This document shows positions 28,596 through 37,602 of a stretch of 64,000 nucleotides of DNA, one piece after another. How positions within the stretch are numbered: the stretch's first letter is position 1; each line of letters opens with the position of its first letter. The stretch is from Candidatus Hydrogenedentota bacterium (GTDB lineage: Bacteria; Hydrogenedentota; Hydrogenedentia; Hydrogenedentales; JAEUWI01), in the NCBI GenBank assembly GCA_034669905.1, contig JAXMOL010000031.1, positions 25,111 through 89,110 on the forward strand. Reading direction: 5' to 3'. The notes under the pieces are model-generated. The model was not told where the DNA came from and did no database searches. It worked only from the letters and a program-made list of their open reading frames with translations. The position numbers and the translations under genes are program-made.

Positions 28596-29075
28596 TCAGG
28601 ATGGACAGGCTTCATCATCGAATTCCGAAGCTATGTCAGACACTGTTTGAGGATCAGACAGGTCTCTGTGCCACCAGTATCTCGTCGGGTCCGAACATCG
28701 CCCCCGCTGCCTTCTGTTGCCGATACAGAAGAGGCCAAGAAGCAGAAGGTATGATTTCCTTCTTTCGCTTACTGGCAATCCCAGAACATGACGAATTTGC
28801 GCCCTTAACACAGAACTCCCTTTAGGCTCCTTAACAGCGGCCTTAAGCAAGAGCACGCACGGCGTAAATGTTGGTCGCAGCTCGGACCAAGCTATCGCGT
28901 CTTCAACGTCGCAACCCACTACCCCAGACTGGGCGGTTAGATATGCTAGCTCCTGAATTATTGCAGTCTGAGTTTCGTCGTGCTGAGAATCAAACCAATC
29001 AATTGCCTCCGCTTTAGACAGGACACATTGCGCGACTTGATTCAAAGTAATATCTATCATGAGAGTCTTCATCAT
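28596..29075 (-). CDS. DUF5958-like protein, probable orphan immunity protein
   Basis: LNQVAQ, SELRPTFTPCVLL, LP..ERRKS..LL.LF and C-terminal RC...YWWH pattern; low GC; bounded on both sides by RAYT-end repeats. Confidence 0.7.
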   Translation of the reverse strand: MMKTLMIDITLNQVAQCVLSKAEAIDWFDSQHDETQTAIIQELAYLTAQSGVVGCDVEDAIAWSELRPTFTPCVLLLKAAVKEPKGSSVLRAQIRHVLGLPVSERRKSYLLLLGLFCIGNRRQRGRCSDPTRYWWHRDLSDPQTVSDIASEFDDEACPS

Positions 29076-29084
29076 ATCCCTACA

Positions 29085-29106
29085 TGGTCTGTCTCTTTGT
29101 TCTCCC
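29085..29106 (-). repeat. Solo degenerate RAYT left-end repeat
   Basis: Minus strand GGGAGAACAAAGAGACAGACCA versus GGGAGAACTAAGGGACAGACTA of copies 1 and 3; abuts the stop codon of 29107-29487. Confidence 0.7.
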
Positions 29107-29487
29107 TTAATTAACTTCCTTCACAATTCGATACGAATTGGCGCAGATTGTAAGGCTACTATTTGTTGAGTTGGTGCGAATACGGAACTCGTGCAATTGG
29201 TCAAGCGATTCTAACAAATGCTTCCAGACTCCCCGGACCCTTAACAGATGTTCTGAATCCGTCAGACACTCAGCAGCTAATACACTCTCAGGCGCTACAA
29301 TTCCGAAATTCATTCTCGTTTCTAAAAAATAGCAATTCTCGAATACCACGTGATTCTCGCTCCCGTCGGGCCATTCGATGAGCAGTGCTACAGTATCATT
29401 CTTTCCGGGTGAGGACCGGTCAACTTTCAGAGCAAGCAATATTGCATCGTGCCACGGAAGCGCATTGAACGATTCTTTACATTTCAT
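29107..29487 (-). CDS. Putative cognate immunity protein of the Rhs toxin
   Basis: 126 aa, TAATG overlap with the Rhs stop, N-terminal LPWHDA motif, low GC. Confidence 0.7.
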   Translation of the reverse strand: MKCKESFNALPWHDAILLALKVDRSSPGKNDTVALLIEWPDGSENHVVFENCYFLETRMNFGIVAPESVLAAECLTDSEHLLRVRGVWKHLLESLDQLHEFRIRTNSTNSSLTICANSYRIVKEVN

Positions 29488-30803
29488 TATCTGAATCCTG
29501 GGTCTGAATCACTTCGTTTAGGGCTAAAGTGTTCTCTACCTCCGTTCAAGTGATAGTGTGAATACTCTGGTCCACTCTTCCCGGTCGGCGTAGCCGGGTC
29601 TATTCTCAATCTCTCAGCAAACTTTCCATCTACAACTTCCCCGTAGCTACCGGGGCGATACGGATTATCAACATAGCTTTCAGGAATACTATACTTAGCG
29701 TCTGGAAGTAGCGCCACACCTTGAGGTGTAACGTGTATTACATCTGGAACATCTGGCCCCTGCCCGGACCTTGGCGTTCCCGGTCCAGTGCCCGCGCTGC
29801 GACCGCTCGGAAGTATATCGCCAGCTTCGTATGTTCTTCCAGTACCGACGCTCTCGGTCGGCGCTTTGGCAATCACGGGAACTTCGTCAGCGTGCGTCGT
29901 CGCATTGGTGACATTTTCCACCACATCATCACCAATCCGTATGGAATCCGAAATTTCGTCGCCATTCTTCAATGCGGTCCGGCCCGCTTTGGCCACAAAG
30001 TCTCCACCTCGAACAAACTGGCCGGCCCCCGGAATTGCAGAGCCGCCATCGATTAGAGCACCAGTAAAATCTAGCCTCACAACGCTGATCGCGAAGGAGA
30101 GCATGTCCGGAACGATTCCCACGCCTGGCAGCAAACCCGCAGAACCAAGACCCAACTGAAGCCCATCAAGCCAAGCAGCCCAAGATTGATTACCACCACA
30201 AAGCCCAAACGGGTCGACCACACTCCAGGGGTTACTCGCGGCATAGGTGTAGCCATTGCCCAAGTTCGCCGCATCGCCCCAGAGGCCGATGGGGTCGCGG
30301 CTTACGAATCGGCCGAGGGCCGGGTCCATGAAGCGGTTGCGGAAGTAGTAGTAGCCCGATTCCGGATCCCAGCGGCGACCGGTGAAGAGGTAGGGATTTC
30401 CGAATGGGGATTCGGACACCTCCAGCAGGGCACCGGTGGCTTGCCCTGGGTTCGCCGGAGGCGAATAGAACTCGGGCTGGCCGTAGTCGCCGTAATCGTA
30501 GGCCTCCACGACGGTACCCGTGTTGTCGGTGAGCTTGACGACGTTGTGTTGGTCGTCGCCGTGATAATAGTAATCCGACGTGCCCCGGCGCATGGTGAGG
30601 ACTTCGTCGATATAGTTGCCGTAGACATAGCTCGCGGACAGACTGGCACCCCCGCTGCTGGAGATTTCCCATTCCTCCGCCACGCGAGAACCGTCATAGA
30701 CAAAACGCGTGGCCGTGCCATCGGCATGCCGCTTTTCGATACGGCGGCCCAGGGCGTCGTAGGCGTATTCCGTCGTGAAATGGCCGATGTTAACATCGTC
30801 CAC
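29487..30803 (-). CDS. 5'-truncated Rhs protein (core end + pre-toxin + C-terminal toxin with HxH motif)
   Basis: YAYDALGRR, YLFTGRRWDPESGYYYFRNRFMDPALGRFVSRDPIG, YAASNPWSVVDPFGL (core ends at about 30201); GC drops after it; toxin tip RIDPATP...SHYHLNGG..H. Confidence 0.88.
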   Translation of the reverse strand: MDDVNIGHFTTEYAYDALGRRIEKRHADGTATRFVYDGSRVAEEWEISSSGGASLSASYVYGNYIDEVLTMRRGTSDYYYHGDDQHNVVKLTDNTGTVVEAYDYGDYGQPEFYSPPANPGQATGALLEVSESPFGNPYLFTGRRWDPESGYYYFRNRFMDPALGRFVSRDPIGLWGDAANLGNGYTYAASNPWSVVDPFGLCGGNQSWAAWLDGLQLGLGSAGLLPGVGIVPDMLSFAISVVRLDFTGALIDGGSAIPGAGQFVRGGDFVAKAGRTALKNGDEISDSIRIGDDVVENVTNATTHADEVPVIAKAPTESVGTGRTYEAGDILPSGRSAGTGPGTPRSGQGPDVPDVIHVTPQGVALLPDAKYSIPESYVDNPYRPGSYGEVVDGKFAERLRIDPATPTGKSGPEYSHYHLNGGREHFSPKRSDSDPGFR

Positions 30804-31380
30804 ATAACAGTCGCCCGTGGTCTCAAGGATGAGGGGCCAAGGGAGAGCGTCGGTGTCTCCGCATGGTTGGGGTTGCTAAGCCTACGGCCGCCGGGACAGG
30901 AACGCGCGTTGGCGAGCGTTCCCACAGGGACTGCCTTCGCGCTGAAGGGTGCGTCGGGTAGCGAGTGGCCGGGGATGTAACGGCCCGTTCAACGGATGAA
31001 TGGCAATCGTAGATGCGCGAGGCTGTCCCGGCAGTATGGGGAGACGGGATGTTGGGTAGGCTCTCCCCCTTTCTTGGGTCCGGTGCGGTTGTTTTCTCCC
31101 GTGCCCTTTGCCTCGGACAGGTTGAAAACGCGCCGTGGCGGCAGTGTCCAAGCTCCTTGTTCAGGGAGACGCCGGGGAATCGAAGTCATTTTGCCCATCC
31201 CTACCATTATCGCAGACAGGAATGTTTGCGCCCCTGAAGGGTGTCTACTTCTGAGTGCACGTACACGCTGCGGCACGCCGTCGTGTCCACGACCCGGGCC
31301 GAAATCAACAGCAGTTCCCTCCCCCCTATCCCCCATCCGTGAGCTCCGTTCAATCCGTGGTCACCCCTCCGCCCTCCTGC

Positions 31381-31410
31381 TTGACAGGGCGCACGGTCAT
31401 TCTCTAGCAT
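31381..31410 (+). promoter_or_regulatory. Putative sigma70 promoter of the 31541-37088 operon
   Basis: TTGACA-18 nt-TAGCAT. Confidence 0.55.
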
Positions 31411-31540
31411 AGCACAATCGTTTGTGCACTTCGTGTGTAGAAGACCATAGACGTATTGGCAGGATGGGCAGGGCGGCAGGCAGTGTCGTCTCAATCGCCC
31501 CGTTGGGCGCGCGGCCCGTTGCAATGAGGAATCCCATTTC

Positions 31541-32917
31541 ATGAGCTTCTCCCGTTTCTTTTCTTCGGCGTATCGCGGTCTTTTCCCGGTGCTGGTCGCT
31601 GTCGTGGGGACGACGTCCATTTTCCCCGTGGCGAACGCATCCCCGTCAGCCGCCGAGCAGCGCACCAAGCCCCGGGTTATCGTCACCACGGACGGAGAGA
31701 CAGACGACCGGTGTTCCATGAACCGCTTCCTCCTCTACACCAATGAGGTGGAGGTCCTGGGCCTTATCCACTCCAGTTCCAAGCACCATTGGAAGGGAGA
31801 CCGCGAACACGCCCCCAAGAAATGGGAACCGGTGGTCTGGCTGGATGAAATGCTGGACAACTACGCGGCCGTCTACCCCAACCTGCGCCTCCACGAGGAT
31901 GACTACCCCACCCCCGACTACTTGCGCGAACAGGTCTTCGTGGGCAACATCGCCTATGAAGGGGAAATGACCCTGGAAACCCCCGGCTCCAATCGCATTG
32001 TGGAGGTCCTACTCGACGAAAACCCGGCCCCCGTGTGGCTCCAGGCCTGGGGCGGTCCGAACACCATCGCCCGCGCCTTGAAGACCATCGAAGCAAAGCA
32101 TCCGGAAAAAATGGCGGCCGTCGCGAAGAAGGCGCGCATCTTTCTCATCTCCGAGCAGGACAAAACCTACAAATCCTACATTCGCGGTGCGTGGCCCACG
32201 ATTCAAGTGATACGCAGTGGCTATGAATCCTACGGGATCATCGCCTACCGGTGGGACCAACAACAGTCGGCCGAGGTCCAGCCCTATTTCGAGACGGAAT
32301 GGATGGGCACCCACATCACCTCCGGGCATGGTCCCCTCTGCGCGGCCTATGAGACCAGGAAAGGCCGCTTTCGTTCTGAGGGGGACTCCCCCGCCTTTCT
32401 CCATGTCCTTCACACCGGCCTGCGCAGCGAGGAAGATCCGCGTTATGGGGGCTGGGGCGGCCGTTTCGCCTTCAGCAACGGCATGTGGCGCTCGGTGGAC
32501 GAAGCCAACTCGGACCCCCACAGCATTGGCCGCTGGGCCATCGAATTTCAGAATGACTGGGCCGCCCGGGCCGACTGGTGCGTAGCGCCCGTCGAAGAAG
32601 CCAATCACCATCCCGTCATCGCCCTGTCCGGCCCCCTGGACCGGAGCGTCAAGGCGGGTGACGCCATCACGCTCGATGCCCACGGCACGACGGACCCGGA
32701 TGGCAATGGGCTGACCTTCCAATGGTGGCACTACGCGGAAGCCTCGACCTACACCCAAGCCGTTTCCCTGAATACGCCCACGTCGGCCACGACAACCGTC
32801 ACCATACCCGACGACGCCGTCCCGGGCGACACCATCCATATCGTTTGCACCGTGCGCGACGACGGCACGCCTCCCCTTGCCCGTCACGCCCGCCACCTGT
32901 TCACCGTATCCAAGTAA
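31541..32917 (+). CDS. DUF1593 nucleoside-hydrolase-like protein with C-terminal Ig/PKD-like domain
   Basis: RVIVTTDGETDD, RFLLYTNE, AWGGPNT, SEGDSPAF, GGWGGRF, FQNDWAARADW, ANHHP, TDPDGN; signal peptide. Confidence 0.88.
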   Translation: MSFSRFFSSAYRGLFPVLVAVVGTTSIFPVANASPSAAEQRTKPRVIVTTDGETDDRCSMNRFLLYTNEVEVLGLIHSSSKHHWKGDREHAPKKWEPVVWLDEMLDNYAAVYPNLRLHEDDYPTPDYLREQVFVGNIAYEGEMTLETPGSNRIVEVLLDENPAPVWLQAWGGPNTIARALKTIEAKHPEKMAAVAKKARIFLISEQDKTYKSYIRGAWPTIQVIRSGYESYGIIAYRWDQQQSAEVQPYFETEWMGTHITSGHGPLCAAYETRKGRFRSEGDSPAFLHVLHTGLRSEEDPRYGGWGGRFAFSNGMWRSVDEANSDPHSIGRWAIEFQNDWAARADWCVAPVEEANHHPVIALSGPLDRSVKAGDAITLDAHGTTDPDGNGLTFQWWHYAEASTYTQAVSLNTPTSATTTVTIPDDAVPGDTIHIVCTVRDDGTPPLARHARHLFTVSK

Positions 32918-32937
32918 GACCAACCTGAGGAACCCCC

Positions 32938-33960
32938 ATGCTGTCCCTACTTATCGCTGGAATCGCCGGACTGGGCGTCATTGAAAACGCCCCGGAACCC
33001 ATCCCGCCCCTTCCCATCATCTACGACACCGACATGGGCAATGACGTGGACGACGGGTATGCCCTGGGCATGATCCACGCCCTCGCCTCCCGGGGCGAAT
33101 GTGAACTGCTGGCCGTCACCGTCACCAAAGACCACGAGCTGGCCGGACCCTTTGTGGATGTGCTGAACACCTTCTATGGCCACGGCGACATCCCCATCGG
33201 CGTGGTGCGTAACGGTCCCGAACCCCACGAAGGCAAGTTTCTGGGCCTGGCCGCCGAAAAGCAGGGGGACGCCTATCGCTATCCCCACGACCTCCTTTCC
33301 GGTAAGGACGCGCCCGACGCCACCACCCTCCTGCGCAAGACGCTGGCGTCCCAGGCAGACGGCTCCGTGGTCATCGTGCAGGTAGGCTTCTCCACCAATC
33401 TCGCCCGTCTCCTGGATAGCCCGGCAGACGACATCTCTCCCCTCACCGGTCGGGAGCTGGCCGAAAAGAAGGTCAAGGTCATCTCGGTCATGGCCGGTGC
33501 CTTCGAGCCCCACAACGACAAGCCCCATCGAGAATACAATGTGGCCCTCGACGTGCCCGCAGCCCAGCGCCTCACTACCGACTGGCCCACACCCATTATC
33601 TACAGTGGCTTTGAAGTGGGCCTCAAGACCCGCCTGCCCAAGGAGGCCATCATGCACGACTTCGACTACGTGCCCGACCACCCCATGGCCGCAGCCAACC
33701 GCTTGTACAACAACAAATACAATAGCCAGCCCTCCTGGGACCTGACCAGCGTCTTGTGGGCCGTGCGCCCCGACCGGGGATATTTTGGTCTCTCCGAGAA
33801 GGGGCGTGTATCCTACGATGCGCAAGGCTTTACGACCTGGACGCCCGACCCCGAAGGCACCCACCAGTATCTCACGGTGGATGCCCTGCAGGCGGAGCGG
33901 GTGAAAGAAAACATGACGACACTGGCCAGTGAAGCGCCCCACTGCGCAACACAACGATAG
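32938..33960 (+). CDS. Inosine/uridine-preferring nucleoside hydrolase family protein
   Basis: IIYDTDMGNDVDD, VGFSTNLA, MAG, EYNV, SGFEVG, SWDL. Confidence 0.88.
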   Translation: MLSLLIAGIAGLGVIENAPEPIPPLPIIYDTDMGNDVDDGYALGMIHALASRGECELLAVTVTKDHELAGPFVDVLNTFYGHGDIPIGVVRNGPEPHEGKFLGLAAEKQGDAYRYPHDLLSGKDAPDATTLLRKTLASQADGSVVIVQVGFSTNLARLLDSPADDISPLTGRELAEKKVKVISVMAGAFEPHNDKPHREYNVALDVPAAQRLTTDWPTPIIYSGFEVGLKTRLPKEAIMHDFDYVPDHPMAAANRLYNNKYNSQPSWDLTSVLWAVRPDRGYFGLSEKGRVSYDAQGFTTWTPDPEGTHQYLTVDALQAERVKENMTTLASEAPHCATQR

Positions 33961-33971
33961 AGGGAGTCCCC

Positions 33972-36900
33972 ATGAAACGCATTGTATCGATAGCCCCCCT
34001 GCTGGTGCTCGCACTGGCCCCCTTCGCCCAGGGCGAATCCGTCACCCTGCTCGACGATGACTTCAGCAGCTACCCTGCGGGATTATTTTCCTCCACGGTG
34101 GGTGCCCACACGGAATACCACTACCTCCCCGAAGCGGCGGCCAAGGGCAACTGGTCCGTAACCACCTTTCGCTCCAGCATCCCCTCCCAACGGGCCTGGC
34201 GCATTGTGGAGTCCGACGGTGAAGCCGCCATGGGCCAGTTCTACAAGAACAAGTACACCTTCTACCACCCCATGCTCATGTCCGGCGACCGGGCCTGGCA
34301 GGATTACACCGCCACCGTCACCATGACGCCCCAAAGCGACGAGGGGCAACGGGGCCTGGTCTTCCGCTACCGCAACGACCGGTGTTATTACTTTCTTGGG
34401 GTCGACGGGCAGCGCGCGGTGCTGAAACTCGTGCAGCATGCCACCGACTTTCACAAGCCCTACGAAAAAATCCTGGCGGAAGCCCCGCTGGATTGGGCCG
34501 TCGACAAGGCCCTCGAGATTTCCGTGATCGTAACGGGAAATCGCCTCCAGGGCCAGGTAGGCGGTGTCTCCCTCCAGGCAGAAGACGACGTCTTCCCCGA
34601 TGGGCAGATTGCCATTACGGCGGACCAGGCCACCCTCTTTCACGACGTGACGGTGACCTGCGCCCCCGAAGAAGCCCAACGCATCCAGTCGGTTATCGCC
34701 GCACGGGAAGCGGAAGAAGCAGCCCTCCAGGCCAATAACCCCACCATGAAGCGGTGGAAGCGCCTCGACCTGAAAGACTTTGGCGTAGGGCGGAACGCCC
34801 GCTTCGGCGACCTGAATGGTGACGGGCAAATCGATGTGCTCCTCACGCAGGTCTTACACCATGGCCCTAAGGACCGGAACAGCGAAGTGGCCTGCATGAC
34901 GGCCATGACCTTCGACGGTGAAATGCTCTGGCAACTCGGCGAGCCCGACCCCTGGAAAAACCACCTGACCAACGATGTGGCGGTCCAAATCCACGACCTC
35001 GATGGCGATGGGAAGAACGAAGTCATCTACTGCAAAGACATGGTGATCACCGTGGCTGACGGCGCGACGGGCGAAACGAAGTTTTCCGCGCCCACCCCCG
35101 AGATGCCGGCAAACACCAAGGTGCCCTATGACAAGTTCCCCCGCATCCTCGGCGACAGCCTCTTCTTCTGCGACCTCCGGGGCACGGGACGCGATGCCGA
35201 TATCATCATCAAAGACCGCTACCTCAGTGTCTGGGCCCTCAACGACAAACTGGAAGTGATGTGGCATGCCCAGTGCAACACGGGCCACTACCCCTATGCC
35301 TACGACGTCGATGGCGACGGCAAAGACGAAGTCATGATGGGCTACACCCTCTTCGACGATGACGGCACCAAGCTCTGGACCAATGAAGACAAAGTGAAAG
35401 ACCACGCAGACGGCGTCGCCATTGTGCCCTACAAGGTGGGCGAGGCCCCCCGCCTCCTCTGTGCCGCCAGTGACGAGGGTATGTTCTTCGCCGATATGGA
35501 CGGCAAAATCCTCAAGCATCATTACCTCGGCCACGTGCAGAACCCGGCCATCGCGGACTTTCGTCCCGACCTCCCCGGCCTGGAGTCGATCTCCATCAAC
35601 TTCTGGGGCAACCAGGGCATCGTCCATTTCTACGATGCCGAAGGCGATATCTACCACGACTTCGAGCCCGCCCAACACGGCAGCATGTGTCTTCCCGTCA
35701 ACTGGACCGGAAAGCCCGGCGAGTTCTGGATCCTTTCCGCCAACGTCGACGAAGGCGGCGTCTTCGACGGTTGGGGGCGGCGTGTAGTCAGGTTCCCCGC
35801 TGATGGGCATCCCGACATGGCCAACGCCGTGATGGACATCACCGGCGATGCGCGGGAAGAAATCGTGGTGTGGGATGCCTCCGAGATGTGGGTCTACACC
35901 CAGTCCGACAGCCCCCTCCCCTCGGTGGAATTCGTCACCGAGAAGAACCCGCTCTACAACTACTCGAATTACCAGACGACCGTATCGATTCCCGTCTCGG
36001 GCGAAACCGCCCGCTACACGCCCATCAACACGAAACTGTTTCACGACAGTATCTCCCACTGGGAAAAGAAATATGGCCGCGACCGTAACGATGCCCGTTT
36101 CGCCCCCCACGAAATCGTCGCCATTGCCGACAACATCCTCCGCTATCAAAACGAAGACGGCGGATGGCCCAAGGATCTGGACTGGCTCGCAAACATCGAC
36201 GAGGCCACCGTGCGTCAGTTGCGGGGAGAATCGCTGAATCGCAGTACCCTCGATAACCACGGCACCTTTCCGCAGGTGGAATACCTCGCCAAGGCCCATC
36301 ATGCGACGGGGGAAGCCCGCTTCCGTGTGGGTGCCGAAAAAGGCCTGGACTACATCTTCGCCGAACAACGCCCCACCGGCGGCTGGCGCGGTGCCGATGT
36401 GGATGCCATCACTTTCAACGACGACGTCATGACGGGCGTCATGGAATTGCTGCTGGATATCCGGTCGGAGGCCACCCACTTCGCCTGGCTCGATGAGACC
36501 CGACGTGCCCATGCGGCCAAATCCCTCGAAAAGGCCATCGAATGCACCCTGGCCTCTCAGATTGTCGTGGACGGGAAAAAGACCGCGTGGTGCCAACAGC
36601 ACGACCACGAGACCTTCGCCCCCGTAGATGCGCGCAACTATGAGCTGGCTTCTATCAGCTCCCGGGAGAGCGCTGATGTGGTGCGATTCCTCATGTCCCT
36701 GCCGGAACCCGACGCCCGGGTGGAAGAAGCCATCACGGCCGCGGTGGCCTGGTTGGAAGCGTCCCAACTCGCTGGTCTTCGGATTAAGAACGTGCCCATT
36801 GAGCCGGTGCGTTTTGAAAACCATACCACCCGCATCGACCGCGTGCTGGTAACCGACCCGGAAGCCCCACCACTCTGGGCCCGCTTTTACGACATCGACA

Positions 36901-37088
36901 GCAACGAACCCCTCTTCTGTCGGCGAGACGGCACCCGTGTCGCTACCTACGACGAAGTGGAACTGGAACGGCGCACCGGCTACGCCTGGTATGGCGACTG
37001 GCCCGACGACCTGCTCAACCGCGACTTCCCCGCATGGCAGGCCCGGCACGCCCACAAAGGGGCATCGGAACATTTCGCGTCCCGCTGA
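33972..37088 (+). CDS. Secreted fusion: ConA-like domain + FG-GAP/rhamnogalacturonan lyase (PL11-like) propeller + pectate lyase PL10 (PelA)
   Basis: GDLNGDG, DLDGDGKNE, DVDGDGKDE repeats, TGHYP, DHADG, GHVQ; C-terminal Q-EDGGWPK, STLDN, AITFND, WCQQHD, RNYE, WARFY, ERRTGYAWYG. Confidence 0.82.
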   Translation: MKRIVSIAPLLVLALAPFAQGESVTLLDDDFSSYPAGLFSSTVGAHTEYHYLPEAAAKGNWSVTTFRSSIPSQRAWRIVESDGEAAMGQFYKNKYTFYHPMLMSGDRAWQDYTATVTMTPQSDEGQRGLVFRYRNDRCYYFLGVDGQRAVLKLVQHATDFHKPYEKILAEAPLDWAVDKALEISVIVTGNRLQGQVGGVSLQAEDDVFPDGQIAITADQATLFHDVTVTCAPEEAQRIQSVIAAREAEEAALQANNPTMKRWKRLDLKDFGVGRNARFGDLNGDGQIDVLLTQVLHHGPKDRNSEVACMTAMTFDGEMLWQLGEPDPWKNHLTNDVAVQIHDLDGDGKNEVIYCKDMVITVADGATGETKFSAPTPEMPANTKVPYDKFPRILGDSLFFCDLRGTGRDADIIIKDRYLSVWALNDKLEVMWHAQCNTGHYPYAYDVDGDGKDEVMMGYTLFDDDGTKLWTNEDKVKDHADGVAIVPYKVGEAPRLLCAASDEGMFFADMDGKILKHHYLGHVQNPAIADFRPDLPGLESISINFWGNQGIVHFYDAEGDIYHDFEPAQHGSMCLPVNWTGKPGEFWILSANVDEGGVFDGWGRRVVRFPADGHPDMANAVMDITGDAREEIVVWDASEMWVYTQSDSPLPSVEFVTEKNPLYNYSNYQTTVSIPVSGETARYTPINTKLFHDSISHWEKKYGRDRNDARFAPHEIVAIADNILRYQNEDGGWPKDLDWLANIDEATVRQLRGESLNRSTLDNHGTFPQVEYLAKAHHATGEARFRVGAEKGLDYIFAEQRPTGGWRGADVDAITFNDDVMTGVMELLLDIRSEATHFAWLDETRRAHAAKSLEKAIECTLASQIVVDGKKTAWCQQHDHETFAPVDARNYELASISSRESADVVRFLMSLPEPDARVEEAITAAVAWLEASQLAGLRIKNVPIEPVRFENHTTRIDRVLVTDPEAPPLWARFYDIDSNEPLFCRRDGTRVATYDEVELERRTGYAWYGDWPDDLLNRDFPAWQARHAHKGASEHFASR

Positions 37089-37123
37089 GGCGGACGCGGC
37101 ATAGAAAACAGTTTCAAATAGGA

Positions 37124-37167
37124 AGGGCGACCCCGGTCCACACGGACCCGGGTCGCCCCTATTTTTT
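37124..37167 (+). terminator. Rho-independent terminator
   Basis: GGGCGACCC-CGGTCC...GGACC-CGGGTCGCCC hairpin followed by ATTTTTT. Confidence 0.75.
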
Positions 37168-37338
37168 GGGCGCGCGGACAATTAAAGGGGGAAGGCGAGT
37201 CACGGCGGGTATATCGTGCCACCCGATCCCACGCGACCGCTGGTCGTGTCGTAGATTCGCCGCAGGAGAATTCGGGTGCCTTGAGCCTTATCGAACACGT
37301 ATTTCGTGGATGACGATACCGTGGCCTTTTAAGGTCAT

Positions 37339-37536
37339 CGTGCCACGCGATGGCGAGCCCTGCGAGCTTTCGTGTGCATGGAGTACGATTGACGAAGAGC
37401 CAGACTGGAAAACGCTATTCGGGCGTCCGCCTATCCCCCTGGAACGAGACGCCCTCGCTCAACGTGTGTGTTAAGGATAAGTTCACTTCTCCTCCACGCA
37501 CACGAAACCTCGTTTTACTCGGCATCGCGTGGCACG
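37339..37536. repeat. Long imperfect hairpin, copy 2 of the CGTGCCRCGCGAT family
   Basis: CGTGCCACGCGATG/CATCGCGTGGCACG termini; inner TTTCGTGTGCATGGAG/CTCCACGCACACGAAA. Confidence 0.75.
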
Positions 37537-37602
37537 GGATCAGATCCCACTGATCGAAACAGACGTTACAATCCATAGTGGGCTTCAGCGCCCCCACTCC
37601 CG

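Noticed and set aside
30840..31370. Small ORFs and a possible element between the Rhs fragment and the DUF1593 operon
   Set aside because: No coding motifs; a patchwork of degenerate palindromes (e.g. GCCGGGACAG/CTGTCCCGGC) that I cannot assign to a defined element.
37034..37597. Short ORFs between the lyase gene and the oxidoreductase
   Set aside because: They overlap a terminator and the long hairpin repeat; no RBS or family support.
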